This document shows, piece by piece, positions 1 through 13,884 of a DNA stretch of 64,000 nt. Numbering within the stretch: the first letter of the stretch is position 1; the number at the start of each line of letters is the position of its first letter. A model generated the notes under the pieces. It saw nothing but the letters and a program-made list of their open reading frames with translations. It searched no databases and was not told the DNA's origin. A program made the translations under genes and the position numbers. Source of the DNA: Toensbergia leucococca (lineage: Eukaryota); assembly GCA_022813965.1 (NCBI GenBank), contig JALDZS010000071.1:1-64000 (forward strand), given 5' to 3'.

Positions 1-127
1 AAGACGAAGGAAACAAGAGGAGAACGAGGTTGAAAGGTTATTTAACCTCAGACGAAAAGGAGCACGCTAACGCGTGACTAGGCAGGGTCCAAGGCCTTGG
101 CAGGCCTCTTGGCCTTGCACCATGACA

Positions 128-1140
128 CTAATAATGATTTATACATTCAAATTTATTATATTATTGAATTATCTTATTATTTTCTTTATCTCTTTGAAAA
201 TAATAAACATGAAAAGAAGTCTTTCATCTGCAGAGATATACTCTATAATAGTAACTCATTCTCTACTATTATTCTGAGCTCTATATCTCTTTACATCACA
301 CTTAAAGCATAGAATTTATATCTTGTCAGCATTATTAAAACAATAACCTTTCTCATTTATATAATATGTATTTTTCTTCAGAATATTGTGCTTTTGTATA
401 TTGTCTTTAATCTGTTTAAGTCACCCTCTTATCCTTACTTCATTATGCATTGCGTTGCATTTCATATTTAATGACTGACTGAATGCACTTTGTACAAGAG
501 AATAACATTTTAAATACTTCTAAACTCAGTTGACCCTCAGTGTTAAACATTATAAATAAGCCCTTGTATAAGATAATAAAGTAAAGACATATGTTTTTAA
601 TTTTCTTTCTCTGTTAGTATCTTTGTTGTTATTGATTAAACATGCTTAACTTTGAGAGATTAGCCTTATTGTTCTATCTGAAGAATTTAAGTCTTTAATA
701 CTTTCTCTTCTGTGAGAGTAAGTCACTATCTGTTCTTCTAAGTCTTATACTGAGACTGAGTTATATCACTAATTTATTGTTGTAATGTGAAAGAAATTAA
801 GTCATACATCTTAGCAAGCAGTGCAACAGAGATCTTTTTAAACACTGCAATAACTGTATAATATTTACTGATAGCAAGATCTAATCATTTCTCTTTAGAT
901 ACCTCATTAGGTATCTCTTTTTCAGCCTTTTTAGTCTTTAAAGGCATGATGAATCAATGATGTTGATGGGAGGAATGATAAGAGAAAGGATGAGAGGGAA
1001 AATTTTTTATTTAGTGTTCCTAATCAGGTTAGTGTGCCGACAAGGTAAGGTTGCCGCATCAGTAGGTAATCATGAGTACTAAATAACACACAATTGAGGA
1101 GGCAAATAGCATGCAACAGAGGTATAGACTTTAAAATGAC
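128..1140. mobile_element. AT-rich degenerate repeat/transposon relic (RIP-like) upstream of TERT
   Basis: Abrupt switch to very AT-rich, CpG-poor sequence with no credible long ORF; family not recognisable; boundaries approximate. Confidence 0.55.
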
Positions 1141-1279
1141 ATGTGGTGTCAAGTCACAATATTTCCTTCTGTGATGGTGTCAGTATATTCTATTATGAGC
1201 CTAAGAGCAAATTGAGTGAAGATTTGAGGATTCTAAGCGATCAGACGTGTCATGAGCGCGTTGGAAGTAAATTTATAGA

Positions 1280-1285
1280 ACGCGT
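1280..1285. promoter_or_regulatory. MCB-like element (ACGCGT) upstream of the TERT start
   Basis: Exact ACGCGT 65-70 bp before the ATG at 1350, with a related GCGCGT just upstream (~1256-1261). MCB is the established MBF G1/S motif in yeasts; function here is inferred. Confidence 0.35.
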
Positions 1286-1349
1286 TAACAGTTTTCCCTT
1301 CAAGGAGTTGCTCATAGAGACCTTCTACGTACCTGTTTGCCGTTTGAGC

Positions 1350-4300
1350 ATGGCGAATAAAAGGAAGCGCAAACATCCTTCGAAGACCCATACTGACGAG
1401 CCCCGGAAGCGGCTCCGGTCTGATGTTGACGAGATTTCTACTAGCCTACCTGCGAAGCATCCTACCCTGAGTTTGTACTATCCTCGAATCAAGAGTCTGC
1501 GCAACTATCTTCTTGACAGTCTGCTTGTCTCGTCAAAGTCGCGGCGTCGTAAGATTGCTTCTTTTGGCTTGTCTCGGCTACAATCTCACACGTCTATCCC
1601 GCCAGCTTCTTCGTCGACTTGTAATGAAGAGTCTATTGCATCAAACTTTGGTCATGAAGACCATCTTAGCTGCCATGATAATGAGGAATATCTTGCAAGA
1701 CTGTTGGACACTACCTTGGTGGGTGTCACCGGTGACGCGCCCCCTGAGCTGGGTAAATCTAGAGCAGAGGATTTTGCATCGTTCTCTCAACAAGTAAGCT
1801 CAACGATTGGGAGCAGCGTGGGCCGAGGCAGTTCTTCGCAATCTGAAGTAGGTGCAAAGCCTACTTTTCACCTTCATCGTCCGAGTAGTCCCTTGTGTTG
1901 GTAAAAAAATCTCAATAAATCTTGCTCGACATCTCTTGAATGTTTTTACCACTGACGGCTAACTGAACATTAGGTTATCGATTTCGCAATCTGGACTCTG
2001 TTCCACAGAACTTTCCGTAGCGTCCACAAACCATTGCATTTGCTATGCCATGGCTATCAACGGGCCAATACGTCTAGACAGTTCGAGAATGATCACTGTG
2101 CACTAGCCAGTATTCCTGGAATCGTATCTCACTTCCCTAATGGCCATGTTGATACGCTTAAGAATGCTTCCTGGGCTGATTTGCTAGGCCTGCTTGGCAA
2201 AGAAGGGGAACGAATCATGCTCGACATGGTCTTGGACTGTGGTATATTCATGGCCGTCAAGAGCGGTAAGGCTAATTATTATCAACTATCTGGTACTGGC
2301 CAATTCGAAAACATTATGATGCTCGATTCTTACTATAATCGAGTGCAGGAATTCCGTTGATTGATCTACAACCTTTGAAGGTGCCAGTGCCTGCAACGCC
2401 AAGTCTACCTCAGCAATCAAGACTCGCAGAAGGCAGTGCAAAATCGAAAGTTCAATTAGGAGCAGACTTACGTTCACCTGCCTCTATTACGTTTGTCCGT
2501 TCTCGGATGTTCTATGCACGCGCAGCCCTTAATGCTAAGGGGAGAGTACAATTTGGTCTTCGCCACATCCGTGCGTACAGACTTCAGATACATTTGTCTA
2601 TCATCGCTGCTAAGTCATCCTAGACGTCCTGAATCGATACCCCGATCCCACCAACCCACTTCATACCGTACGCGTCATGAAGTATATTTTCCCCAGACAG
2701 TTCAAATTGCACAATGTCTTTACCTCTGATGTTGATCTCCGAGAGACTATACAGCCTTTCAAAGATTATACCTTGCGGGAACAGGAGATCTCCCAAGCTG
2801 ACCGTCAGATCCGAACGAGGGGAGGCCCAATAGGGCCCACGGAGACCCCCATCCCCAATTTCCTTCCAAAGAGGTTAAGGAGCAAGGCTGTTGACTTGGT
2901 CAGAAAGTTGCAGCGCTTGCATTCTCGGTGCTCGTACAAAGAGCTTCTAGAGCATTACTGCCACATTGAGGTAAGGACTCGAGGGGCTTTTCATACCCCA
3001 TTCTTGGACTAATTAGAACACTTAGGCGATTGATGGGCCACAAAGACAAATTAATACAAAATTCTTGAATACAGCTACGTCCACAGAAGCCGTTACACGA
3101 CCCTCTTCGACGAAGTGTAGCACTAGTAATACATTGACTAGCTACCAAGTCAAGGATTCTTTGGTCGAGTCAGCAATCCCAGCTTCGAATGTCTCTGCCT
3201 TCTGTCGAGCTATTCTATCAAACATTATTCCGAATAATTTTTGGGGCGATGGAATTGATGGTGAGGCAAACAAGAATATCATCATGCATCAAATCGACCG
3301 CTTTGTGCTGCTCAGGAGATTCGAGAGCCTATCTCTACATGTTGTTTCTCAAGGATTGAAGGTCTGACTCATGGGAACAAAAGCTGAGGTCATTCAGCTT
3401 ATTGAGGCGTAGATCACTTCTATACCGTGGCTCTGCCCTCCCAATATTAACTCGGACGCCAGGACTTCGAAGTCCGACTTGCAAAAGCGGAAGCAACTTC
3501 TCCTAGAATTTATTTATTATGTTTTTGACTCGTTGCTGATACCCTTGATGCGCTCAAATTTCCACGTCACGGAATCCAACGTCCATCGTAATCGCCTGTT
3601 CTACTTTCGTCACGATGTTTGGCGGGCAATGACGGAACCTGCCTTAGCCAACATTAAAATTTCCATGTTTGAGGAGATCAAGACTATTAAAGCTAGGAAA
3701 CTGCTTGACGCGCGCATTCTGGGTTTCAGTCAGGTTCGACTTATGCCCAAATGTAACGGATTCCGACTCATCATGAATCTCCGCCGTAGACTGACAAAAC
3801 TGCGAAACGGAAAAATGGTTCTTGGAAGAAGCATCAACTCGGTCATGGCACCGGTATTCAACATGCTGGACTATGAAAAGACGAAGCAACCATCCCGTCT
3901 TGGCTCGGCTCTTTTCTCTGTTGGTGAAATCTATCATAGGCTGAAATCCTTTCGTAGCCTTTTAGAGCAGACTAAGACGAGTTCGAAGCCATTGTATTTC
4001 GGAAAAGTCGACGTCCAATCTTGCTTTGATACAATACCCCAGCGGCATATCGTAAAACTCATGGAGCAGATTGCATCCGAAGACGAATATCGCATTGCAC
4101 GTCACGTTGAGATTAAGTCCTCTGACCCTCACGTCCACAATGCTGACGCTGGAGCAAAGCCGAAGCCAGCACGGAAATTTGTTGCCAAAGCCCGAGCAGC
4201 GACGGATTTCTCAGGCTTCAATGAGGGCCTTGAGAGTGGGCTAGCTAATGGGAAGAAGAACACAGTGTTTGTCGATACCGTTGTGCAGACCACACACGAG

Positions 4301-5559
4301 AGAGAGAAGATGCTCGATCTCCTAGAGGAGCATGTCGAGAAGAATGTAGTGAAGATTGGTAAGAAGTTCTTCAGGCAGAAGTTTGGAATTCCGCAAGGTT
4401 CTATCCTATCCAGCCTGCTATGCAATTACTTTTATGCTGAATTGGAGAGAGAAACTTTGGGGTTTTTGAAGGATGATGAGAGTGTGTTATTGAGACTTAT
4501 CGACGATTTCCTGCTCATCACTACGAACAAGGAGCATGCAAAGGCGTTTCTAAAAATCATGCATGACGGAAACCAGAAGTATGGCGTGACTGTCAATGCA
4601 GAGAAGAGTCTAGTAAATTTCGACATCACTATCAACAAGACGAAGATTGCCCGATCGGTGGGATGCACTTCATTCCCATATTGTGGGACCATGATCAACA
4701 TGAAGACCTTGGAGATAACCAAGGATAGGGATCGGAGGAAAGACGCTGGTTCGGTCCCCGCTAGTCCAAGAGCTTGCGTCGAGCATGATTGCTAACGCAG
4801 TCTAGTCTTGGCCGATTCCCTTACTGTTGAGCCTTCGAAGGTCCCTGGCAAAACCTTTCACCGCAAAGCTCTCAAGTATGGCATTCTTTGTGCGTTTGTT
4901 CAATTTATTATGCTGAATAGATGCTTTTGCAGTGCTTTTAAAATCCAGACGCATCGGATGTTTCTCGATACAACGTTCAATTCAGTTGGCACTGTCCTTT
5001 CCACATTATATCAAAACTTCATCGAATCAGCCATGAAATACTATCGATATGTAAAATGCATGACAATAGGTCCGCAGCAACAGAATGCTCTATTGATCGG
5101 TAATTATACTGCAAGACTGCGTTGCAACAGAAGTATGCGCTAATAAAGTTGCTCCTTTGTAGGCACGATACGAGACCTCATAGATCTCGCCTTTGTCCTC
5201 ATCAAAGCCAAAGATAAGGCCCATATGTCGCAAAGCTACGCTTGTACGGTCAGCAAGTCTCAGATTCAATGGTTAGTACCTCTTCCAAGATCGTCCTCAA
5301 ACCAACACGATCTCTCTACCTCAAACAGCAATACAACACCAACAGGCCTGATATGACCTGACTGACATGTATCACGCGTAGGTTGGCATCTCAAGCTTTC
5401 CGTAACGTTCTAGGCAGAAAGCAGAGTAAATATGGTGAAGTACTCATGTGGCTTGATGGTGCGACTGAGGATTCGGCACCCAGGGATGCCAAGGAGGTAC
5501 GAAGGCTGATGCGCATCGTCAAGGAAGGAGATTCGGTATTCCGTGATTATAAATATTGA
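1350..5559 (+). CDS. TERT: Telomerase reverse transcriptase, about 10 exons
   Basis: T motif (FHVTES..LFYFRHDVW), RT motif A (FGKVDVQSCFDTIPQ), B' (GIPQGSILSSLLC), C (LLRLIDDFLLIT), E (FPYCG). Nine introns give a continuous frame (approx. 1848-1972, 2293-2347, 2571-2623, 2971-3024, 3362-3412, 4749-4805, 4876-4932, 5100-5162, 5272-5381). Stop TGA at 5557-5559. Confidence 0.97.
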
Positions 5560-5929
5560 TGCTTTGCGATAGACATGATGACAAGCAATGGCTAAAAGTG
5601 AAGAGGTTGGCCGTTGGTTGCATATGACGAGGTGCATCCCAGCCTTCCGCAGCCCCAACCTCCCCCACGCCAATAATCAACAAGGTATTAGGGGTAAATG
5701 AAGACGCGACAAGCGTTACCTGACAATATCCTTCTCATACTCCGGACATTTCTTGAGTATCCAAGATACTGTTGTACTTGATATTATCACGACTCGCTAT
5801 GTTGGCCTGATGAAAATTGGAGACTTGGGTGCCTCGGTGCTATTTAAACGCCTCGGCCGTTTCGTGACTCCTTTGTCCCACTTCGGTCGCCGTACCTTTT
5901 AAAGGAAAAGCCGACCCCTGATAATCAAC

Positions 5930-8632
5930 ATGCACGCCCACTCCTCCAATCCCGTTGCTGCTACCTTCTCCTTCCTCCCTTCAAACTCTCTTCACAACAA
6001 TCGTTCATTTAGCGTGCGCATCCTCGATGAGACTACGGATCTCACAGAACAATCGCTGAACTTATTCGGTCTTTACAACCCAGAGAGCATTACTCATTCT
6101 TTTCAATCGAGTCCGACCAAAACTAGCTCAATCTCCAGCCCGCACTTCACAGATCCTGTCGTAGCCTCGCGCCATCGATCTTTGACGGCTCCTTCACCTT
6201 TTTACGAATACCATGAGATGATGGCCTTGGCCCCCCAGGCCCCGGGCTCCCCTCCTGGTTTAACGGCGTCCAAATCCTCCAAATCCTCTTCCTTTCACTC
6301 TTCCTCTTTCTCCAGCCCAGATGGCATTCTGGCCGACTTGGCACACTTTGAAGATATAGGCCTCAACGAGGACCACCATAATCCCATGAACCACGATCTT
6401 TACGGCTATAACAAGCACAATAGTCCGAAGCGCTCTCTGTCGAGAATCACTGCAGCCACGATGAGTGGAATTGGAAGTGTTACTCCGGATATTACAGCGA
6501 TGCGAGAGCTTACAAACGGCACTACAAACCCCGGCTTTACCAGTCTTAAAGCTCACAGTTATGGTGTCGTGAATAACAGCCCATCACAATCCCTCAATCT
6601 TCCCAATGGCCTTTGCATAAAGCGAGGTTTATCGAATCCTTCAACACCATCATTGGCTGTGGCGGCCATGAGAAGTCGAACAAGATCGCGATCGCCATCG
6701 CCCGCACATCCTGTTTCGCCCCGAACGATGCAAATTAGCAGTTTCCAGGAGTGCCGGGGAAAGTCTCCTGGCGCGCCATCTTCTGCTGCAAGGAGAAATT
6801 CCTGGCAACCCAATCGCAAGACTTTGAAGGAACTAGAGGAAGAGTACCACGATTCAGATGAAGATCTTCCTGATGACGCAAGTTTATGGAATGTACCACT
6901 CTCTCCTCGCCCACCCCATGCAAGAGCATCGATATCTGCTAGTGCCTCAACGAATGTTTCTACTAGTACGAGCCCAGAACGACCTGCTTCCCTTGGCTCT
7001 TCCTTAGCCAATAACGTGGTGAAACAGCGTCCACCACACACAGCGCCAGCTGCAAGTCCAGCATCGCCAGGAGGCTTGGACCGCAAACCATCGTCCCCTA
7101 CAAAACCGAGACTTCCTCGCGGTGCCTCTACTAGTATGGTGCCCGATCATTTTAATTTCCCCAAGAGCCGCACCAAATCCTGGACGGTCGCATTATCCGA
7201 GCTTTCTGAAGAAGCTAAATCTCTGACCGAAGCACTCGAAGCTCATGCGGGAGTATCCGAACGCCAACTCGAAGACGTCGTTCAAAACGGCGGTTCAATC
7301 GTCAGGCCCTCCATTGAGAAAGTGACGAGCACTAGGAAAAGCATGGTGGAATTGCCGCCTTTGAGAGTGAGCAACGTTATGATTGATCCACTGCCAGTCA
7401 GTAGGGAGAAAGAGAAGGTGCTTAGTCGGACGAGGCCAAGCTGGCTACCACCCAAGAGCCGTAAGGAGGAAAGGAAGCACTTGAAAGAATATCAACGCAT
7501 GATGGAAATGAGCCTCGAGACTGGTTTGCATACCCTACTCATCTAATATGTACGGCCACACGCTGACGTACAAGCGCTTCTAGAAAGGAGAAAAGCCGCC
7601 AGAGCTGCTGATATCCAGTGCTCTCGCGATGATACCAAAATCACACTACTTCGTATTTGGGAAGAGCACGTGTTGCCAAATTGGGATCAAGCCATTCGTG
7701 AGCCGCGCACCCGCGAATTGTGGTGGCGCGGCGTTGCTCCCAAGTCAAGAGCTGAGGTTTGGAAAAGAGGAATAGGCAATGACTTGGCACTGACAGAGGG
7801 TACTTATATCAAGGCGTTGCAACGAGCCAAGGATGTAGAACACCAGATCTCAAAGGGAGGGAATGCCGAGCTGCAGAAAGAAAAGGCTTGTTTTGACGCC
7901 ATCCGACGAGATGTCAAACTCGTATTTCCCGATCTCACGATTTTCCAGCCCGGTGGCCCTCTACATGATGATTTAGTTGACGTCCTGATGGCGTACTCCA
8001 TGTATCGCTCCGACGTGGGCTATAGTTACGGTACCCACGTAAGTCTTTCCTCCTGGTTCTGAGACTCTCTTGCCTTGTTCATGCACCTGTCTATCGCGCT
8101 AACACCTTTCAAGCTGATTGCCGGTCTTCTCACCCTCACCCTTCCAGACCCGACGGAGACTTTCATCTCACTTTGCAATCTCCTGAATCGCCCGCTTCTT
8201 TTAGCATTCTTGACCACAGATCCAGGCGCCACGCAGAAAGTCTATCGTCTTACGCACACCCTACTTTTGCAAAAACTTCCGAGGTTACACAATCACCTTT
8301 TTGGAGCTTCAGGTTCTGGGCTTGGCTTGAATCCCGAGGAGGTCTTGGACCCCATGTTTCGGACTCTGTTTCTTGGGCCTGGTGGCGGACCCAGCCTGGA
8401 AATCGCGGTAAGGATATGGGATGTTATGATTTTCGATGGGGACAGTATGATCATTCGGACGGTAGTAGCGATGTTGGGCGCCTTGGAGGGCAAACTCTAT
8501 GGAGATCGAAAAGATGTTTTGGACGTTCTTGGGTGGGACGCTCAAAGTAGTGAGAAGTGGGACTTGGGTAGAGAAGAGGATATGATGGCTCGAGTGAGGA
8601 GTGCAGGCAAGGAGGAGAAGGGGCTTAGATGA
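5930..8632 (+). CDS. TBC/RabGAP domain protein with long Ser/Pro-rich N-terminus (3 exons)
   Basis: ELWWRGVAPKSRAEVWK, IRRDVKLVFP, LMAYSMYRSDVGY and RIWDVMIFDG are Rab-GAP TBC motifs. Introns at ~7524-7582 and ~8039-8113. The start could be the later ATG near 6215. Confidence 0.88.
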
Positions 8633-9075
8633 GCCTTGCGATCATATACGGAGCAGTGGTGGGGACATTAGGAACGGCGTCTGTGGCATCATCTTGTTTG
8701 ATCATAAAGCGTCGCATTGGGAGCCCAGCGGCACGTTTTGGATGAGCTATGCTGATGATCATTACTGCTCTTGCAATCCAAATGCTACGTCAGGATAACA
8801 TGCGAGTTCTTGACAAACGACTACTTATGCTGGAGGCTGTGTTTATGTTTGACAATACTGAAATTCTTCGTCAGAAATTCAAGTTAGGAGAATAAGGAGA
8901 GTTTTGCTACTCCGTATGTCGATCAATTTTAGTTACCGTACTCTATTCTAGCCGTAAATTACGGCGCACCTTCCACACTGGAGCAGCTCGGATTTATTGC
9001 TCAACGGCTGACATTCATGATTCGAATGGGAACCCGTGAGGCCACTTTTGCCCCCAGCCATAGTAGAGAAGCACA

Positions 9076-11157
9076 ATGACTGCTCCCAAGGACATTGCTG
9101 TTACGTCTCCAGCTCATTTGAGCAAGCGTTCCCGCTCCGAATTTGAGAATGGAGACAATCCAGTCATACAAGAATCCGATCGAGTAGGAGCTCGTGAAGA
9201 AGGTCCTTACCGTCTTGTATACATACTCCACAAATTTACTAACATCTACAGTAGAATCCTCATCTGACGATGACATTGGACCCGCGCTACCCTCTTCTAT
9301 GCCCAAGAAGAAACGACGAAAGCTTCCGTATGAGAAGCTTTATATTTCTGCCCTACCTTCCTCTTCACGCTACTCGAAGTCATTAATGCACAAAGATCAA
9401 GTTTCTTTTGTGACAATGACACCATTCACCGATTTCTTGATTACAGCCTCTATCGACGGAGTGGTCAAGTTTTGGAAAAAGGTTGCAGTTGGTATCGAGT
9501 TTGTGAAGGAATTCAGGGCTCATGCAGGTGAGATAAAGAGCGTCAGCGTCAGCCCGGATGGTCGAAGTTTTGCGACTGCAGGGACAGACAAGACAATCAA
9601 AATATTTGACGTTGTTACATTTGGTATGCATCCTAGGCAATGACGGCAGATTGTATACTAAGTCGACCTCTCAGACCTTTTGGCGATGCTGCAATTGGAG
9701 ACAACTCCTAAATCAATCTGCTGGGTTCATAGACGCGGCGCGTCAATACCTCTTTTGGCGGTATCAGGAGAGAATGGGCACGTTATTGACATCTATGATG
9801 GTCGAGGGGAAACACAAGTGCCCATCCGTACAATAACTAGCCTGCACAGAAGTTCTGTCATTCTGATAGCTTACAACAATGAATACGATTGCGCCATCTC
9901 AGCCGATGAGAACGGCATGATAGAATACTGGCGACCAAACGGGAATTACGAGAAACCGGATAACGTCTTTCAATACAAAAGTTCTACGAACCTATTTGAA
10001 TTCAAGAAAACGAAGTCTTTGCCTACTTCCATCACAATCTCTCCTTCCGGTTCCCAGTTCGCAACGTTCTCCTTCCCCGATCGCAAAATCCGAGTTTTCG
10101 ACTTTGGTACTGGAAAACTTCACCGTACGTACGATGAATCACTTGCTACGATTACCGATATGCAACAAGCTGGGACTGCGTTACAGAAGCTGGAAGATGT
10201 GGAGTTTGGTAGGCGGCTAGCCGTAGAGCGAGAACTAGAAAATCCGACGCTTCAAAATAGGATCAATGTGATCTTCGATGAATCAAGTAATTTTATCATC
10301 TATGGGTCGATACTCGGCACCAAGGCTGTCAATACCCTGACTAACAGGGTTGTCAGAGTCTTTGGTAAAGAAGAGTCGTTTCGATCGCTGAATCTTGCGC
10401 TATATCAAGGACAACCTCAGAAGAAAGGAGTTATCACAATCTCGATGGCAGCTAGCGCTAATCCACTCTTGCAAGAAGCCGAGGAGCGTGACCCCATGCT
10501 GGTCTCAACAGGGTCGGGCAAAGTACGCTTCTACATGTTCACGAACGACGAGGATATCAGTAAGTCGGAGCGTGACGTGCAGAACGAGAAACCGAAACAC
10601 CTCAATGCGCGACAACAAATTGAAGCAAAGCCTGTTGAGTCTGGCACCGCTGCGATATTACATACTACATACGGCGACATACATATCAGACTATTCCCCG
10701 AAGCTGCACCAAAAGCGGTGGAGAATTTTGTCACTCATTCGAAAAATGGGTACTACAACAATACCATCTTCCATCGGGTCATACGCAAATTCATGATACA
10801 AGTACGTAATTTTCCTCATCTTACTTGTTGAACGACATTCGAATAATGATGTAGTGCGGCGATCCTCTTGGCGATGGTACGGGCGGCGAAAGCATCTGGG
10901 GCAAAGAATTCGAAGACGAGTTCTCGACTTTAAGACACGATAAAGCGTATACGGTCAGCATGGCCAACGCGGGCCCTAATAGCAATGGGTCACAATTCTT
11001 CATCACGACTGAAAAAACGCCCTGGCTAGACAAAAAACACACTATCTTCGGCAGGGCGATTCAAGGACTTGACGTGGTACATCGAATCGAAAACACGAGG
11101 GTGTACAAGGAGAAGCCAGAGGAAGACATTAAAATTGTAAATATCGATATCACGTGA
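9076..11157 (+). CDS. cyp15: WD40-repeat cyclophilin peptidyl-prolyl isomerase (Cyp15/PPWD1)
   Basis: N-terminal WD40 ([18 protein letters not shown]) plus C-terminal cyclophilin ([55 protein letters not shown]); three introns. Confidence 0.95.
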
Positions 11158-11770
11158 AAGGTGAAATTAGGGTTGCTCATAGAGTTCATTGTTGGGAGCT
11201 TGTGATGAAGGTATCAATAATCGATGATGTAATTCATGTGAAACGGCACGAGTGGCAATAGGTAGATTGATAATGCCTAATGCCTCATGTACAATTACAG
11301 AGTGCTTTCGGCTAGGCATTCAGTGATTCAGGGAGTCTCAGAGACCGAGTCAGGCACATCCCCTCGATCCGCAGCACCACCGTCAATGTAGACCCGGGGA
11401 AGCGGTTAGTGGCCGACGGAGCGAAGAGCTAGGCCAATGAGCAGGCGGGGCTGGACGATCCGATTGCTAGAAACAACCCCCAAATATGGGTGTGGTGAAA
11501 GTGAAATTTAAACCTTGCCTTCGATGACTTCCTACTCACCATGCACGGTTACATGCCTGCTTATCTGCACCAATATGTACCGACACTGTTGAATCCGTTT
11601 CATCAAGCCTGAAAGCACTCCTTGCAACTGCGGTAGGCACGGGGCAGGCCCAATCACAACAAATATACCATATACCATATTAGCGCTTCGTCACATTATA
11701 GAGAGCTCGAATTCGTTCTCGTTTGTGGTGTGACCTTTCATCTCAAATTGACCCGCCAGTCCCATTCCAT

Positions 11771-13230
11771 ATGGACGCAATGTACGTTGCGCAGCACGAG
11801 CGTCCACCTCCTCTTTCTATGGACCGCATTGCCCCACCCTCCTATTCCACACCATCCTCCTCTTCCGGTACCCTACTCCCGAGTCTGCCTCGTTCCCCAC
11901 AAGTCCCCAGTCCCACGAGCACCATGATAAATGGAAGGATCTACAGGTTAGCCACCTTCGACCATATTCATAACTATGGCAAAGCTAAGACGGTGATGCT
12001 ACAGCTTGGATGTTGTTCAACAGCCCGTTCGTGCTCGCATGTGTGGTTTCGGAGATAAGGTATGCTGTGCTTCGGTCCTCGACGACGCTCAGACACTGTG
12101 GCTAAGGCAGTCGGCAATCCGCAGGATAGACGGCCCATCACACCACCGCCATGTATCAGACTTATCGTCCGAGACATCACAACCCGCAAAGAGATCGATA
12201 TCAGGTCAGTGTTGAATCAGTCCAGCTAGGAACATGTACCTTTGGCAATCTTGTAGCTAAGCACAAGTCCATACAGCGAAGTTGATACCTCCTACTTTGT
12301 CCTGACTGTGGACCTGTGGTCCGCAGAAGGTAATCGAGAAGTGAACCTTGTACGACATTCCGCCACATCTCCTTCCATCTCAGCAGCAACCTCATCTTCA
12401 TACCCACCACCACCACCTACACCTCCTTCGTATAACTATACTACTCCTCTTCAACAAGTTCAAAATGTTCTGCCTTCTAATTATGGTCATCCCCAATTCC
12501 AACCGAGTCAGCAACCACCGCAACATAATCCATATCAGTCATCAGTCAATACATACCAACAGCAGCCTTCCCATCTATATCAGCAACAACCCGCAAGCCT
12601 CTATCAACAACAACAGCAGCCGCTTCCGCCTATACCAATTACTTCGCAAGGTTACTATCATACTCCTACTGCCACTCCCATAACACCCACATATTATCAG
12701 CAGCAAATTCAACAAGGCCAGGGCCCCATGCTATCTCCTCAGCAGATGCCGCCTCAAATGTCGGATACCCGTCCCGCCCCGAGCGGCATGTTCACCCGTA
12801 ACCTTATTGGAAGTCTTTGCGTTAGCGCGTTCAAACTTACCGACCCAGATAACAAATTAGGAATCTGGTTCATCCTTCAAGACCTAAGTGTCAGAACTGA
12901 AGGATCGTTCCGGTTCGTAGCTTATTTCTCCTCCATTCTGACGGGAACATTTTTCGGCTAACGCAACATTACCAACTACATAGTCTTAAAATGAACTTTG
13001 TCAACGTTGGATCCAATTCCTCTGCTCCGTCTCTGAATAACGGCTCCGCTCCGGTTCTCGCCTCTGTTTACTCGGATGTATTCCAGGTTTTCAGCGCAAA
13101 AAAGTTTCCCGGTGTCATTGAGAGCACAAGTTTAAGTAAGTGCTTCGCTACGCAGGGGATAAAAATTCCGATCCGGAAGGATGGACCAAGAGGAAATGTC
13201 AGAGAGAAGGAGGAGGATGAGTGTGAGTAG
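11771..13230 (+). CDS. velB: Velvet-domain regulator VelB (split velvet domain with Q/P-rich insertion)
   Basis: VVQQPVRARMCGFGDK-DRRPITPPP, then a Q/P-rich insertion, then MFTRNLIGSL..FKL..GIWFILQDLSVRTEGSFR and SAKKFPGVIESTSLSKCFATQGIKIPIRKDG. The split velvet domain is the VelB hallmark. The extreme 3' end is uncertain (possible last intron near 13222-13272). Confidence 0.92.
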
Positions 13231-13884
13231 GGTCTTCTCCTTTATGAGGAGAAGATCATGTAGAACTGACAGAGGGAGTGAAAAAAAGTCCTACCGATTA
13301 GTGGGAGAATCGGGGTGTCTGTGCATTGCAATGGCTTAGTATTAGTATCTATAGATGGTGAACAGGAGTTTGGAGTATCCTTTTTGTCAAGGTATCTGTT
13401 TGGGTACAAACATGTTTATGCCGGGAATGGAACGTTGTATTCATTTATCCTGTCGGTATTTAGCGACGGAGGCGTGTTTGTATTGCTCGGTGTTATACGG
13501 AGTAGTGGAAAAGTCAATGGGTTTTTCAAAGAGCGTAAGATTGGAGTGGAGGATGGAGGAGTATGGTTTGGGCTTTTAATTTGCTATACATTATTAATCC
13601 CTTATTTAGATATTTCACCCAAAAAAAGCAAGGTAGTGTCAATGCTTTTCATTTTTGAAATTCTTTTAAGATAGGAGGTATCAAGTCGCTTTTTTTAGTT
13701 TTTTAGCCCTGAAAACGCCCGAAGTTTCGTCCCGTCTCAAATCCTTAACCACCATCCCGTCCCATTATACCGTTAACGGTAGACGGCTCATTCCTTGAAC
13801 CTCATCCCCTCCCTTTCCCTCCCCTTGGATCCCTGTAACAATGTGTGCCTTTCACAGCACCCTACGCTCTTTATCTAACCTTGT

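Noticed and set aside
121..1254. CATGACAC / GTGTCATG 8-bp inverted pair as element termini
   Set aside because: Too short, no target-site duplication, and the right copy lies outside the AT-rich block.
1143..1349. N-terminal extension of TERT from the ORF track
   Set aside because: It begins at GTG. The first in-frame ATG is 1350, and the extension overlaps promoter-like sequence.
3479..4795. RT ORF as a retroelement, group II intron or retron
   Set aside because: The T motif, upstream TEN/TRBD exons and spliceosomal introns identify it as TERT.
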